Source of the DNA: the human T2T-CHM13v2.0 reference genome, Homo sapiens | Assembly: GCF_009914755.1 (NCBI RefSeq) | Contig: NC_060931.1 | DNA: 64,000 nucleotides | Reading direction: 5' to 3' (one strand) | Shown here: positions 41,401-56,400 of the stretch, one piece after another | Layout of the letters: the number at the start of each line of letters is the position of its first letter | How positions within the stretch are numbered: position 1 is the first letter of the stretch | Translations under genes and position numbers: made by a program | The notes under the pieces: model-generated | What the model was told of the DNA's origin: nothing | The model's input: the letters and a program-made list of their open reading frames with translations, nothing else | Databases searched by the model: none

Positions 41401-44400
41401 TGCAAGTGGATATTTGGACCTCTTTGAGGCCTTCGTTGCAAACGGGGTTTCTTCCTTTCATGCTAGACTAAGAAGAGTTCTCAGTAACTTTTTTGTGTTG
41501 TGTGTATTCAACTCACAGAGTTGAACCTTGCTTTAGAGAGAGCAGATTTGAAACACTCTTGCTGTGGCATTTTCAGGTGGAGATTTCAAGCGATTTGAGG
41601 ACAATTGCAGAAAAGGAAATATCTTCGTATAATAACCAGACAGAATCATTCTCAGAAAGTGCTTTGTGATGTGTGCGTTCAACTCACAGAGTTTAACCTT
41701 TCTTTTCATAGAGGAGTTTGGAAACACACTGTTTGTAAAGTCTGCAAGTGGATACATGGACCTGTTTGAGGCCTTCGTTGGAAACGGGATTTCTTCATTG
41801 AATGCTAGACGGAAGAATTCTCAGTAAATTCTTTGTGTTGTGTGCATTCAACTCACAGAGTGGAACGTCCCTTTAGACAGAGCAGATTTGAAACCCTCTT
41901 TTTGCGGAATTTGCAAGTGGAGATTTCTAGCCATTTGATGCCAACAGTAGAAAGGGAAATATCTTCAAATAAAAACCAGACAGAATCATTCTCAGAAAAT
42001 TCTTTGTGATGTGTGCGTTCAACTCACATAGTTTAACCTTTCTTTTCATAGAGCAGTTTGGAAACACTCTGTTTGTAAAGTCTGCAAGTGGATATATGGA
42101 CCGCATTGAGGCCTTCGTTGGAAACGGGATTTCTTCATTTCATGCTAGACAGAAGAATTCTCAGTAACTTCTTTGTGCTGTGTGTATTCAACTCACAGAG
42201 TGGAACGTCCCTTTGCACAGAGCAGATTTGAAAAACTCTTTTTGTGGAGTTTGCAAGTGGAGATTTCAAGCGATTTGATGCCAACAGTAGAAAAGGAAAT
42301 ATCTTCAAATAAAAACTAGACAGAATCATTCTCAGAAACTACTTTGTGATGTGTGCCTTCAACTCACAGAGTTCAACCTTTCTTTTCTTAGAGCAGTTTA
42401 GAAACACTCTGCTTGTTATGTCTGCAAGTGGATATTTGGACCTCTTTGAGGCCTTCGTTGCAAACGGGGTTTCTTCCTTTCATGCTAGACTAAGAAGAGT
42501 TCTCAGTAACTTTTTTGTGTTGTGTGTATTCAACTCACAGAGTTGAACCTTGCTTTAGAGAGAGCAGATTTGAAACACTCTTGCTGTGGCATTTTCAGGT
42601 GGAGATTTCAAGCGATTTGAGGACAATTGCAGAAAAGGAAATATCTTCGTATAATAACCAGACAGAATCATTCTCAGAAAGTGCTTTGTGATGTGTGCGT
42701 TCAACTCACAGAGTTTAACCTTTCTTTTAATAGAGGAGTTTGGAAACACACTGTTTGTAAAGTCTGCAAGTGGATATATGGACCTGTTTGAGGCCTTCGT
42801 TGGAAACGGGATTTCTTCATTGAATGCTAGACGGAAGAATTCTCAGTAAATTCTTTGTGTTGTGTGCATTCAACTCACAGAGTGGAACGTCCCTTTAGAC
42901 AGAGCAGATTTGAAACACTCTTTTTGCGGAATTTGCAAGTGGAGATTTCTAGCCATTTGATGCCAACAGTAGAAAGGGAAATATCTTCAAATAAAAACCA
43001 GACAGAATCATTCTCAGAAAATTCTTTGTGATGTGTGCGTTCAACTCACATAGTTTAACCTTTCTTTTCATAGAGCAGTTTGGAAACACTCTGTTTGTAA
43101 AGTCTGCAAGTGGATATATGGACCGCATTGAGGCCTTCGTTGGAAACGGGATTTCTTCATTTCATGCTAGACAGAAGAATTCTCAGTAACTTCTTTGTGC
43201 TGTGTGTATTCAACTCACAGAGTGGAACGTCCCTTTGCACAGAGCAGATTTGAAACACTCTTTTTGTGGAGTTTGCAAGTGGAGATTTCAAGCGATTTGA
43301 TGCCTACAGTAGAAAAGGAAATATCTTCAAATAAAAACTAGACAGAATCATTCTCAGAAACTACTTTGTGATGTGTGCCTTCAACTCACAGAGTTTAACC
43401 TTTCTTTTCTTAGAGCAGTTTAGAAACACTCTGCTTGTTATGTCTGCAAGTGGATATTTGGACCTCTTTGAGGCCTTCGTTGCAAACGGGGTTTCTTCCT
43501 TTCATGCTAGACTAAGAAGAGTTCTCAGTAACTTTTTTGTGTTGTGTGTATTCAACTCACAGAGTTGAACCTTGCTTTAGAGAGAGCAGATTTGAAACAC
43601 TCTTGCTGTGGCATTTTCAGGTGGAGATTTCAAGCGATTTGAGGACAATTGCAGAAAAGGAAATATCTTCGTATAATAACCAGACAGAATCATTCTCAGA
43701 AAGTGCTTTGTGATGTGTGCGTTCAACTCACAGAGTTTAACCTTTCTTTTCATAGAGGAGTTTGGAAACACACTGTTTGTAAAGTCTGCAAGTGGATATA
43801 TGGACCTGTTTGAGGCCTTCGTTGGAAACGGGATTTCTTCATTGAATGCTAGACGGAAGAATTCTCAGTAAATTCTTTGTGTTGTGTGCATTCAACTCAC
43901 AGAGTGGAACGTCCCTTTAGACAGAGCAGATTTGAAACACTCTTTTTGCGGAATTTGCAAGTGGAGATTTCTAGCCATTTGATGCCAACAGTAGAAAGGG
44001 AAATATCTTCAAATAAAAACCAGACAGAATCATTCTCAGAAAATTCTTTGTGATGTGTGCGTTCAACTCACATAGTTTAACCTTTCTTTTCATAGAGCAG
44101 TTTGGAAACACTCTGTTTGTAAAGTCTGCAAGTGGATATATGGACCGCATTGAGGCCTTCGTTGGAAACGGGATTTCTTCATTTCATGCTAGACAGAAGA
44201 ATTCTCAGTAACTTCTTTGTGCTGTGTGTATTCAACTCACAGAGTGGAACGTCCCTTTGCACAGAGCAGATTTGAAACACTCTTTTTGTGGAGTTTGCAA
44301 GTGGAGATTTCAAGCGATTTGATGCCAACAGTAGAAAAGGAAATATCTTCAAATAAAAACTAGACAGAATCATTCTCAGAAACTACTTTGTGATGTGTGC

Positions 44401-47400
44401 CTTCAACTCACAGAGTTCAACCTTTCTTTTCTTAGAGCAGTTTAGAAACACTCTGCTTGTTATGTCTGCAAGTGGATATTTGGACCTCTTTGAGGCCTTC
44501 GTTGCAAACGGGGTTTCTTCCTTTCATGCTAGACTAAGAAGAGTTCTCAGTAACTTTTTTGTGTTGTGTGTATTCAACTCACAGAGTTGAACCTTGCTTT
44601 AGAGAGAGCAGATTTGAAACACTCTTGCTGTGGCATTTTCAGGTGGAGATTTCAAGCGATTTGAGGACAATTGCAGAAAAGGAAATATCTTCGTATAATA
44701 ACCAGACAGAATCATTCTCAGAAAGTGCTTTGTGATGTGTGCGTTCAACTCACAGAGTTTAACCTTTCTTTTCATAGAGGAGTTTGGAAACACACTGTTT
44801 GTAAAGTCTGCAAGTGGATATATGGACCTGTTTGAGGCCTTCGTTGGAAACGGGATTTCTTCATTGAATGCTAGACGGAAGAATTCTCAGTAAATTCTTT
44901 GTGTTGTGTGCATTCAACTCACAGAGTGGAACGTCCCTTTAGACAGAGCAGATTTGAAACACTCTTTTTGCGGAATTTGCAAGTGGAGATTTCTAGCCAT
45001 TTGATGCCAACAGTAGAAAGGGAAATATCTTCAAATAAAAACCAGACAGAATCATTCTCAGAAAATTCTTTGTGATGTGTGCGTTCAACTCACATAGTTT
45101 AACCTTTCTTTTCATAGAGCAGTTTGGAAACACTCTGTTTGTAAAGTCTGCAAGTGGATATATGGACCGCATTGAGGCCTTCGTTGGAAACGGGATTTCT
45201 TCATTTCATGCTAGACAGAAGAATTCTCAGTAACTTCTTTGTGCTGTGTGTATTCAACTCACAGAGTGGAACGTCCCTTTGCACAGAGCAGATTTGAAAC
45301 ACTCTTTTTGTGGAGTTTGCCAGTGGAGATTTCAAGCGATTTGATGCCAACAGTAGAAAAGGAAATATCTTCAAATAAAAACTAGACAGAATCATTCTCA
45401 GAAACTACTTTGTGATGTGTGCCTTCAACTCACAGAGTTCAACCTTTCTTTTCTTAGAGCAGTTTAGAAACACTCTGCTTGTTATGTCTGCAAGTGGATA
45501 TTTGGACCTCTTTGAGGCCTTCGTTGCAAACGGGGTTTCTTCCTTTCATGCTAGACTAAGAAGAGTTCTCAGTAACTTTTTTGTGTTGTGTGTATTCAAC
45601 TCACAGAGTTGAACCTTGCTTTAGAGAGAGCAGATTTGAAACACTCTTGTTGTGGCATTTTCAGGTGGAGATTTCAAGCGATTTGAGGACAATTGCAGAA
45701 AAGGAAATATCTTCGTATAATAACCAGACAGAATCATTCTCAGAAAGTGCTTTGTGATGTGTGCGTTCAACTCACAGAGTTTAACCTTTCTTTTCATAGA
45801 GGAGTTTGGAAACACACTGTTTGTAAAGTCTGCAAGTGGATACATGGACCTGTTTGAGGCCTTCGTTGGAAACGGGATTTCTTCATTGAATGCTAGACGG
45901 AAGAATTCTCAGTAAATTCTTTGTGTTGTGTGCATTCAACTCACAGAGTGGAACGTCCCTTTAGACAGAGCAGATTTGAAACACTCTTTTTGCGGAATTT
46001 GCAAGTGGAGATTTCTAGCCATTTGATGCCAACAGTAGAAAGGGAAATATCTTCAAATAAAAACCAGACAGAATCATTCTCAGAAAATTCTTTGTGATGT
46101 GTGCGTTCAACTCACATAGTTTAACCTTTCTTTTCATAGAGCAGTTTGGAAACACTCTGTTTGTAAAGTCTGCAAGTGGATATATGGACCGCATTGAGGC
46201 CTTCGTTGGAAACGGGATTTCTTCATTTCATGCTAGACAGAAGAATTCTCAGTAACTTCTTTGTGCTGTGTGTATTCAACTCACAGAGTGGAACGTCCCT
46301 TTGCACAGAGCAGATTTGAAACACTCTTTTTGTGGAGTTTGCCAGTGGAGATTTCAAGCGATTTGATGCCAACAGTAGAAAAGGAAATATCTTCAAATAA
46401 AAACTAGACAGAATCATTCTCAGAAACTACTTTGTGATGTGTGCCTTCAACTCACAGAGTTCAACCTTTCTTTTCTTAGAGCAGTTTAGAAACACTCTGC
46501 TTGTTATGTCTGCAAGTGGATATTTGGACCTCTTTGAGGCCTTCGTTGCAAACGGGGTTTCTTCCTTTCATGCTAGACTAAGAAGAGTTCTCAGTAACTT
46601 TTTTGTGTTGTGTGTATTCAACTCACAGAGTTGAACCTTGCTTTAGAGAGAGCAGATTTGAAACACTCTTGTTGTGGCATTTTCAGGTGGAGATTTCAAG
46701 CGATTTGAGGACAATTGCAGAAAAGGAAATATCTTCGTATAATAACCAGACAGAATCATTCTCAGAAAGTGCTTTGTGATGTGTGCGTTCAACTCACAGA
46801 GTTTAACCTTTCTTTTCATAGAGGAGTTTGGAAACACACTGTTTGTAAAGTCTGCAAGTGGATACATGGACCTGTTTGAGGCCTTCGTTGGAAACGGGAT
46901 TTCTTCATTGAATGCTAGACGGAAGAATTCTCAGTAAATTCTTTGTGTTGTGTGCATTCAACTCACAGAGTGGAACGTCCCTTTAGACAGAGCAGATTTG
47001 AAACCCTCTTTTTGCGGAATTTGCAAGTGGAGATTTCTAGCCATTTGATGCCAACAGTAGAAAGGGAAATATCTTCAAATAAAAACCAGACAGAATCATT
47101 CTCAGAAAATTCTTTGTGATGTGTGCGTTCAACTCACATAGTTTAACCTTTCTTTTCATAGAGCAGTTTGGAAACACTCTGTTTGTAAAGTCTGCAAGTG
47201 GATATATGGACCGCATTGAGGCCTTCGTTGGAAACGGGATTTCTTCATTTCATGCTAGACAGAAGAATTCTCAGTAACTTCTTTGTGCTGTGTGTATTCA
47301 ACTCACAGAGTGGAACGTCCCTTTGCACAGAGCAGATTTGAAACACTCTTTTTGTGGAGTTTGCAAGTGGAGATTTCAAGCGATTTGATGCCAACAGTAG

Positions 47401-50400
47401 AAAAGGAAATATCTTCAAATAAAAACTAGACAGAATCATTCTCAGAAACTACTTTGTGATGTGTGCCTTCAACTCACAGAGTTCAACCTTTCTTTTCTTA
47501 GAGCAGTTTAGAAACACTCTGCTTGTTATGTCTGCAAGTGGATATTTGGACCTCTTTGAGGCCTTCGTTGCAAACGGGGTTTCTTCCTTTCATGCTAGAC
47601 TAAGAAGAGTTCTCAGTAACTTTTTTGTGTTGTGTGTATTCAACTCACAGAGTTGAACCTTGCTTTAGAGAGAGCAGATTTGAAACACTCTTGCTGTGGC
47701 ATTTTCAGGTGGAGATTTCAAGCGATTTGAGGACAATTGCAGAAAAGGAAATATCTTCGTATAATAACCAGACAGAATCATTCTCAGAAAGTGCTTTGTG
47801 ATGTGTGCGTTCAACTCACAGAGTTTAACCTTTCTTTTCATAGAGGAGTTTGGAAACACACTGTTTGTAAAGTCTGCAAGTGGATATATGGACCTGTTTG
47901 AGGCCTTCGTTGGAAACGGGATTTCTTCATTGAATGCTAGACGGAAGAATTCTCAGTAAATTCTTTGTGTTGTGTGCATTCAACTCACAGAGTGGAACGT
48001 CCCTTTAGACAGAGCAGATTTGAAACACTCTTTTTGCGGAATTTGCAAGTGGAGATTTCTAGCCATTTGATGCCAACAGTAGAAAGGGAAATATCTTCAA
48101 ATAAAAACCAGACAGAATCATTCTCAGAAAATTCTTTGTGATGTGTGCGTTCAACTCACATAGTTTAACCTTTCTTTTCATAGAGCAGTTTGGAAACACT
48201 CTGTTTGTAAAGTCTGCAAGTGGATATATGGACCGCATTGAGGCCTTCGTTGGAAACGGGATTTCTTCATTTCATGCTAGACAGAAGAATTCTCAGTAAC
48301 TTCTTTGTGCTGTGTGTATTCAACTCACAGAGTGGAACGTCCCTTTGCACAGAGCAGATTTGAAACACTCTTTTTGTGGAGTTTGCCAGTGGAGATTTCA
48401 AGCGATTTGATGCCAACAGTAGAAAAGGAAATATCTTCAAATAAAAACTAGACAGAATCATTCTCAGAAACTACTTTGTGATGTGTGCCTTCAACTCACA
48501 GAGTTCAACCTTTCTTTTCTTAGAGCAGTTTAGAAACACTCTGCTTGTTATGTCTGCAAGTGGATATTTGGACCTCTTTGAGGCCTTCGTTGCAAACGGG
48601 GTTTCTTCCTTTCATGCTAGACTAAGAAGAGTTCTCAGTAACTTTTTTGTGTTGTGTGTATTCAACTCACAGAGTTGAACCTTGCTTTAGAGAGAGCAGA
48701 TTTGAAACACTCTTGTTGTGGCATTTTCAGGTGGAGATTTCAAGCGATTTGAGGACAATTGCAGAAAAGGAAATATCTTCGTATAATAACCAGACAGAAT
48801 CATTCTCAGAAAGTGCTTTGTGATGTGTGCGTTCAACTCACAGAGTTTAACCTTTCTTTTCATAGAGGAGTTTGGAAACACACTGTTTGTAAAGTCTGCA
48901 AGTGGATACATGGACCTGTTTGAGGCCTTCGTTGGAAACGGGATTTCTTCATTGAATGCTAGACGGAAGAATTCTCAGTAAATTCTTTGTGTTGTGTGCA
49001 TTCAACTCACAGAGTGGAACGTCCCTTTAGACAGAGCAGATTTGAAACACTCTTTTTGCGGAATTTGCAAGTGGAGATTTCTAGCCATTTGATGCCAACA
49101 GTAGAAAGGGAAATATCTTCAAATAAAAACCAGACAGAATCATTCTCAGAAAATTCTTTGTGATGTGTGCGTTCAACTCACATAGTTTAACCTTTCTTTT
49201 CATAGAGCAGTTTGGAAACACTCTGTTTGTAAAGTCTGCAAGTGGATATATGGACCGCATTGAGGCCTTCGTTGGAAACGGGATTTCTTCATTTCATGCT
49301 AGACAGAAGAATTCTCAGTAACTTCTTTGTGCTGTGTGTATTCAACTCACAGAGTGGAACGTCCCTTTGCACAGAGCAGATTTGAAACACTCTTTTTGTG
49401 GAGTTTGCAAGTGGAGATTTCAAGCGATTTGATGCCAACAGTAGAAAAGGAAATATCTTCAAATAAAAACTAGACAGAATCATTCTCAGAAACTACTTTG
49501 TGATGTGTGCCTTCAACTCACAGAGTTCAACCTTTCTTTTCTTAGAGCAGTTTAGAAACACTCTGCTTGTTATGTCTGCAAGTGGATATTTGGACCTCTT
49601 TGAGGCCTTCGTTGCAAACGGGGTTTCTTCCTTTCATGCTAGACTAAGAAGAGTTCTCAGTAACTTTTTTGTGTTGTGTGTATTCAACTCACAGAGTTGA
49701 ACCTTGCTTTAGAGAGAGCAGATTTGAAACACTCTTGCTGTGGCATTTTCAGGTGGAGATTTCAAGCGATTTGAGGACAATTGCAGAAAAGGAAATATCT
49801 TCGTATAATAACCAGACAGAATCATTCTCAGAAAGTGCTTTGTGATGTGTGCGTTCAACTCACAGAGTTTAACCTTTCTTTTCATAGAGGAGTTTGGAAA
49901 CACACTGTTTGTAAAGTCTGCAAGTGGATACATGGACCTGTTTGAGGCCTTCGTTGGAAACGGGATTTCTTCATTGAATGCTAGACGGAAGAATTCTCAG
50001 TAAATTCTTTGTGTTGTGTGCATTCAACTCACAGAGTGGAACGTCCCTTTAGACAGAGCAGATTTGAAACACTCTTTTTGCGGAATTTGCAAGTGGAGAT
50101 TTCTAGCCATTTGATGCCAACAGTAGAAAGGGAAATATCTTCAAATAAAAACCAGACAGAATCATTCTCAGAAAATTCTTTGTGATGTGTGCGTTCAACT
50201 CACATAGTTTAACCTTTCTTTTCATAGAGCAGTTTGGAAACACTCTGTTTGTAAAGTCTGCAAGTGGATATATGGACCGCATTGAGGCCTTCGTTGGAAA
50301 CGGGATTTCTTCATTTCATGCTAGACAGAAGAATTCTCAGTAACTTCTTTGTGCTGTGTGTATTCAACTCACAGAGTGGAACGTCCCTTTGCACAGAGCA

Positions 50401-53400
50401 GATTTGAAACACTCTTTTTGTGGAGTTTGCAAGTGGAGATTTCAAGCGATTTGATGCCAACAGTAGAAAAGGAAATATCTTCAAATAAAAACTAGACAGA
50501 ATCATTCTCAGAAACTACTTTGTGATGTGTGCCTTCAACTCACAGAGTTCAACCTTTCTTTTCTTAGAGCAGTTTAGAAACACTCTGCTTGTTATGTCTG
50601 CAAGTGGATATTTGGACCTCTTTGAGGCCTTCGTTGCAAACGGGGTTTCTTCCTTTCATGCTAGACTAAGAAGAGTTCTCAGTAACTTTTTTGTGTTGTG
50701 TGTATTCAACTCACAGAGTTGAACCTTGCTTTAGAGAGAGCAGATTTGAAACACTCTTGCTGTGGCATTTTCAGGTGGAGATTTCAAGCGATTTGAGGAC
50801 AATTGCAGAAAAGGAAATATCTTCGTATAATAACCAGACAGAATCATTCTCAGAAAGTGCTTTGTGATGTGTGCGTTCAACTCACAGAGTTTAACCTTTC
50901 TTTTCATAGAGGAGTTTGGAAACACACTGTTTGTAAAGTCTGCAAGTGGATATATGGACCTGTTTGAGGCCTTCGTTGGAAACGGGATTTCTTCATTGAA
51001 TGCTAGACGGAAGAATTCTCAGTAAATTCTTTGTGTTGTGTGCATTCAACTCACAGAGTGGAACGTCCTTTTAGACAGAGCAGATTTGAAACCCTCTTTG
51101 TGCGGAATTTGCAAGTGGAGATTTCTAGCCATTTGATGCCAACAGTAGAAAGGGAAATATCTTCAAATAAAAACCAGACAGAATCATTCTCAGCAAATTC
51201 TTTGTGATGTGTGCGTTCAACTCACCTAGTTTAACCTTTCTTTTCATAGAGCAGTTTGGAAACACTCTGTTTGTAAAGTCTGCAAGTGGATATATGGACC
51301 GCATTGAGGCCTTCGTTGGAAACGGGATTTCTTCATTTCATGCTAGACAGAAGAATTCTCAGTAACTTCTTTGTGCTGTGTGTATTCAACTCACAGAGTG
51401 GAACGTCCCTTTGCACAGAGCAGATTTGAAACACTCTTTTTGTGGAGTTTGCAAGTGGAGATTTCAAGCGATTTGATGCCAACAGTAGAAAAGGAAATAT
51501 CTTCAAATAAAAACTAGACAGAATCATTCTCAGAAACTACTTTGTGATGTGTGCCTTCAACTCACAGAGTTCAACCTTTCTTTTCTTAGAGCAGTTTAGA
51601 AACACTCTGCTTGTTATGTCTGCAAGTGGATATTTGGACCTCTTTGAGGCCTTCGTTGCAAACGGGGTTTCTTCCTTTCATGCTAGACTAAGAAGAGTTC
51701 TCAGTAACTTTTTTGTGTTGTGTGTATTCAACTCACAGAGTTGAACCTTGCTTTAGAGAGAGCAGATTTGAAACACTCTTGCTGTGGCATTTTCAGGTGG
51801 AGATTTCAAGCGATTTGAGGACAATTGCAGAAAAGGAAATATCTTCGTATAATAACCAGACAGAATCATTCTCAGAAAGTGCTTTGTGATGTGTGCGTTC
51901 AACTCACAGAGTTTAACCTTTCTTTTCATAGAGGAGTTTGGAAACACACTGTTTGTAAAGTCTGCAAGTGGATATATGGACCTGTTTGAGGCCTTCGTTG
52001 GAAACGGGATTTCTTCATTGAATGCTAGACGGAAGAATTCTCAGTAAATTCTTTGTGTTGTGTGCATTCAACTCACAGAGTGGAACGTCCCTTTAGACAG
52101 AGCAGATTTGAAACACTCTTTTTGCGGAATTTGCAAGTGGAGATTTCTAGCCATTTGATGCCAACAGTAGAAAGGGAAATATCTTCAAATAAAAACCAGA
52201 CAGAATCATTCTCAGAAAATTCTTTGTGATGTGTGCGTTCAACTCACATAGTTTAACCTTTCTTTTCATAGAGCAGTTTGGAAACACTCTGTTTGTAAAG
52301 TCTGCAAGTGGATATATGGACCGCATTGAGGCCTTCGTTGGAAACGGGATTTCTTCATTTCATGCTAGACAGAAGAATTCTCAGTAACTTCTTTGTGCTG
52401 TGTGTATTCAACTCACAGAGTGGAACGTCCCTTTGCACAGAGCAGATTTGAAACACTCTTTTTGTGGAGTTTGCCAGTGGAGATTTCAAGCGATTTGATG
52501 CCAACAGTAGAAAAGGAAATATCTTCAAATAAAAACTAGACAGAATCATTCTCAGAAACTACTTTGTGATGTGTGCCTTCAACTCACAGAGTTTAACCTT
52601 TCTTTTCTTAGAGCAGTTTAGAAACACTCTGCTTGTTATGTCTGCAAGTGGATATTTGGACCTCTTTGAGGTCTTCGTTGCAAACGGGGTTTCTTCCTTT
52701 CATGCTAGACTAAGAAGAGTTCTCAGTAACTTTTTTGTGTTGTGTGTATTCAACTCACAGAGTTGAACCTTGCTTTAGAGAGAGCAGATTTGAAACACTC
52801 TTGTTGTGGCATTTTCAGGTGGAGATTTCAAGCGATTTGAGGACAATTGCAGAAAAGGAAATATCTTCGTATAATAACCAGACAGAATCATTCTCAGAAA
52901 GTGCTTTGTGATGTGTGCGTTCAACTCACAGAGTTTAACCTTTCTTTTCATAGAGGAGTTTGGAAACACACTGTTTGTAAAGTCTGCAAGTGGATACATG
53001 GACCTGTTTGAGGCCTTCGTTGGAAACGGGATTTCTTCATTGAATGCTAGACGGAAGAATTCTCAGTAAATTCTTTGTGTTGTGTGCATTCAACTCACAG
53101 AGTGGAACGTCCCTTTAGACAGAGCAGATTTGAAACCCTCTTTGTGCGGAATTTGCAAGTGGAGATTTCTAGCCATTTGATGCCAACAGTAGAAAGGGAA
53201 ATATCTTCAAATAAAAACCAGACAGAATCATTCTCAGCAAATTCTTTGTGATGTGTGCGTTCAACTCACATAGTTTAACCTTTCTTTTCATAGAGCAGTT
53301 TGGAAACACTCTGTTTGTAAAGTCTGCAAGTGGATATATGGACCGCATTGAGGCCTTCGTTGGAAACGGGATTTCTTCATTTCATGCTAGACAGAAGAAT

Positions 53401-56400
53401 TCTCAGTAACTTCTTTGTGCTGTGTGTATTCAACTCACAGAGTGGAACGTCCCTTTGCACAGAGCAGATTTGAAACACTCTTTTTGTGGAGTTTGCAAGT
53501 GGAGATTTCAAGCGATTTGATGCCAACAGTAGAAAAGGAAATATCTTCAAATAAAAACTAGACAGAATCATTCTCAGAAACTACTTTGTGATGTGTGCCT
53601 TCAACTCACAGAGTTCAACCTTTCTTTTCTTAGAGCAGTTTAGAAACACTCTGCTTGTTATGTCTGCAAGTGGATATTTGGACCTCTTTGAGGCCTTCGT
53701 TGCAAACGGGGTTTCTTCCTTTCATGCTAGACTAAGAAGAGTTCTCAGTAACTTTTTTGTGTTGTGTGTATTCAACTCACAGAGTTGAACCTTGCTTTAG
53801 AGAGAGCAGATTTGAAACACTCTTGCTGTGGCATTTTCAGGTGGAGATTTCAAGCGATTTGAGGACAATTGCAGAAAAGGAAATATCTTCGTATAATAAC
53901 CAGACAGAATCATTCTCAGAAAGTGCTTTGTGATGTGTGCGTTCAACTCACAGAGTTTAACCTTTCTTTTCATAGAGGAGTTTGGAAACACACTGTTTGT
54001 AAAGTCTGCAAGTGGATATATGGACCTGTTTGAGGCCTTCGTTGGAAACGGGATTTCTTCATTGAATGCTAGACGGAAGAATTCTCAGTAAATTCTTTGT
54101 GTTGTGTGCATTCAACTCACAGAGTGGAACGTCCCTTTAGACAGAGCAGATTTGAAACACTCTTTTTGCGGAATTTGCAAGTGGAGATTTCTAGCCATTT
54201 GATGCCAACAGTAGAAAGGGAAATATCTTCAAATAAAAACCAGACAGAATCATTCTCAGAAAATTCTTTGTGATGTGTGCGTTCAACTCACATAGTTTAA
54301 CCTTTCTTTTCATAGAGCAGTTTGGAAACACTCTGTTTGTAAAGTCTGCAAGTGGATATATGGACCGCATTGAGGCCTTCGTTGGAAACGGGATTTCTTC
54401 ATTTCATGCTAGACAGAAGAATTCTCAGTAACTTCTTTGTGCTGTGTGTATTCAACTCACAGAGTGGAACGTCCCTTTGCACAGAGCAGATTTGAAACAC
54501 TCTTTTTGTGGAGTTTGCCAGTGGAGATTTCAAGCGATTTGATGCCAACAGTAGAAAAGGAAATATCTTCAAATAAAAACTAGACAGAATCATTCTCAGA
54601 AACTACTTTGTGATGTGTGCCTTCAACTCACAGAGTTTAACCTTTCTTTTCTTAGAGCAGTTTAGAAACACTCTGCTTGTTATGTCTGCAAGTGGATATT
54701 TGGACCTCTTTGAGGCCTTCGTTGCAAACGGGGTTTCTTCCTTTCATGCTAGACTAAGAAGAGTTCTCAGTAACTTTTTTGTGTTGTGTGTATTCAACTC
54801 ACAGAGTTGAACCTTGCTTTAGAGAGAGCAGATTTGAAACACTCTTGCTGTGGCATTTTCAGGTGGAGATTTCAAGCGATTTGAGGACAATTGCAGAAAA
54901 GGAAATATCTTCGTATAATAACCAGACAGAATCATTCTCAGAAAGTGCTTTGTGATGTGTGCGTTCAACTCACAGAGTTTAACCTTTCTTTTCATAGAGG
55001 AGTTTGGAAACACACTGTTTGTAAAGTCTGCAAGTGGATACATGGACCTGTTTGAGGCCTTCGTTGGAAACGGGATTTCTTCATTGAATGCTAGACGGAA
55101 GAATTCTCAGTAAATTCTTTGTGTTGTGTGCATTCAACTCACAGAGTGGAACGTCCCTTTAGACAGAGCAGATTTGAAACACTCTTTTTGCGGAATTTGC
55201 AAGTGGAGATTTCTAGCCATTTGATGCCAACAGTAGAAAGGGAAATATCTTCAAATAAAAACCAGACAGAATCATTCTCAGAAAATTCTTTGTGATGTGT
55301 GCGTTCAACTCACATAGTTTAACCTTTCTTTTCATAGAGCAGTTTGGAAACACTCTGTTTGTAAAGTCTGCAAGTGGATATATGGACCGCATTGAGGCCT
55401 TCGTTGGAAACGGGATTTCTTCATTTCATGCTAGACAGAAGAATTCTCAGTAACTTCTTTGTGCTGTGTGTATTCAACTCACAGAGTGGAACGTCCCTTT
55501 ACACAGAGCAGATTTGAAACACTCTTTTTGTGGAGTTTGCAAGTGGAGATTTCAAGCGATTTGATGCCAACAGTAGAAAAGGAAATATCTTCAAATAAAA
55601 ACTAGACAGAATCATTCTCAGAAACTACTTTGTGATGTGTGCCTTCAACTCACAGAGTTTAACCTTTCTTTTCTTAGAGCAGTTTAGAAACACTCTGCTT
55701 GTTATGTCTGCAAGTGGATATTTGGACCTCTTTGAGGCCTTCGTTGCAAACGGGGTTTCTTCCTTTCATGCTAGACTAAGAAGAGTTCTCAGTAACTTTT
55801 TTGTGTTGTGTGTATTCAACTCACAGAGTTGAACCTTGCTTTAGAGAGAGCAGATTTGAAACACTCTTGCTGTGGCATTTTCAGGTGGAGATTTCAAGCG
55901 ATTTGAGGACAATTGCAGAAAAAGAAATATCTTCGTATAATAACCAGACAGAATCATTCTCAGAAAGTGCTTTGTGATGTGTGCGTTCAACTCACAGAGT
56001 TTAACCTTTCTTTTCATAGAGGAGTTTGGAAACACACTGTTTGTAAAGTCTGCAAGTGGATATATGGACCTGTTTGAGGCCTTCGTTGGAAACGGGATTT
56101 CTTCATTGAATGCTAGACGGAAGAATTCTCAGTAAATTCTTTGTGTTGTGTGCATTCAACTCACAGAGTGGAACGTCCCTTTAGACAGAGCAGATTTGAA
56201 ACACTCTTTTTGCGGAATTTGCAAGTGGAGATTTCTAGCCATTTGATGCCAACAGTAGAAAGGGAAATATCTTCAAATAAAAAACAGACAGAATCATTCT
56301 CAGAAAATTCTTTGTGATGTGTGCGTTCAACTCACATAGTTTAACCTTTCTTTTCATAGAGCAGTTTGGAAACACTCTGTTTGTAAAGTCTGCAAGTGGA

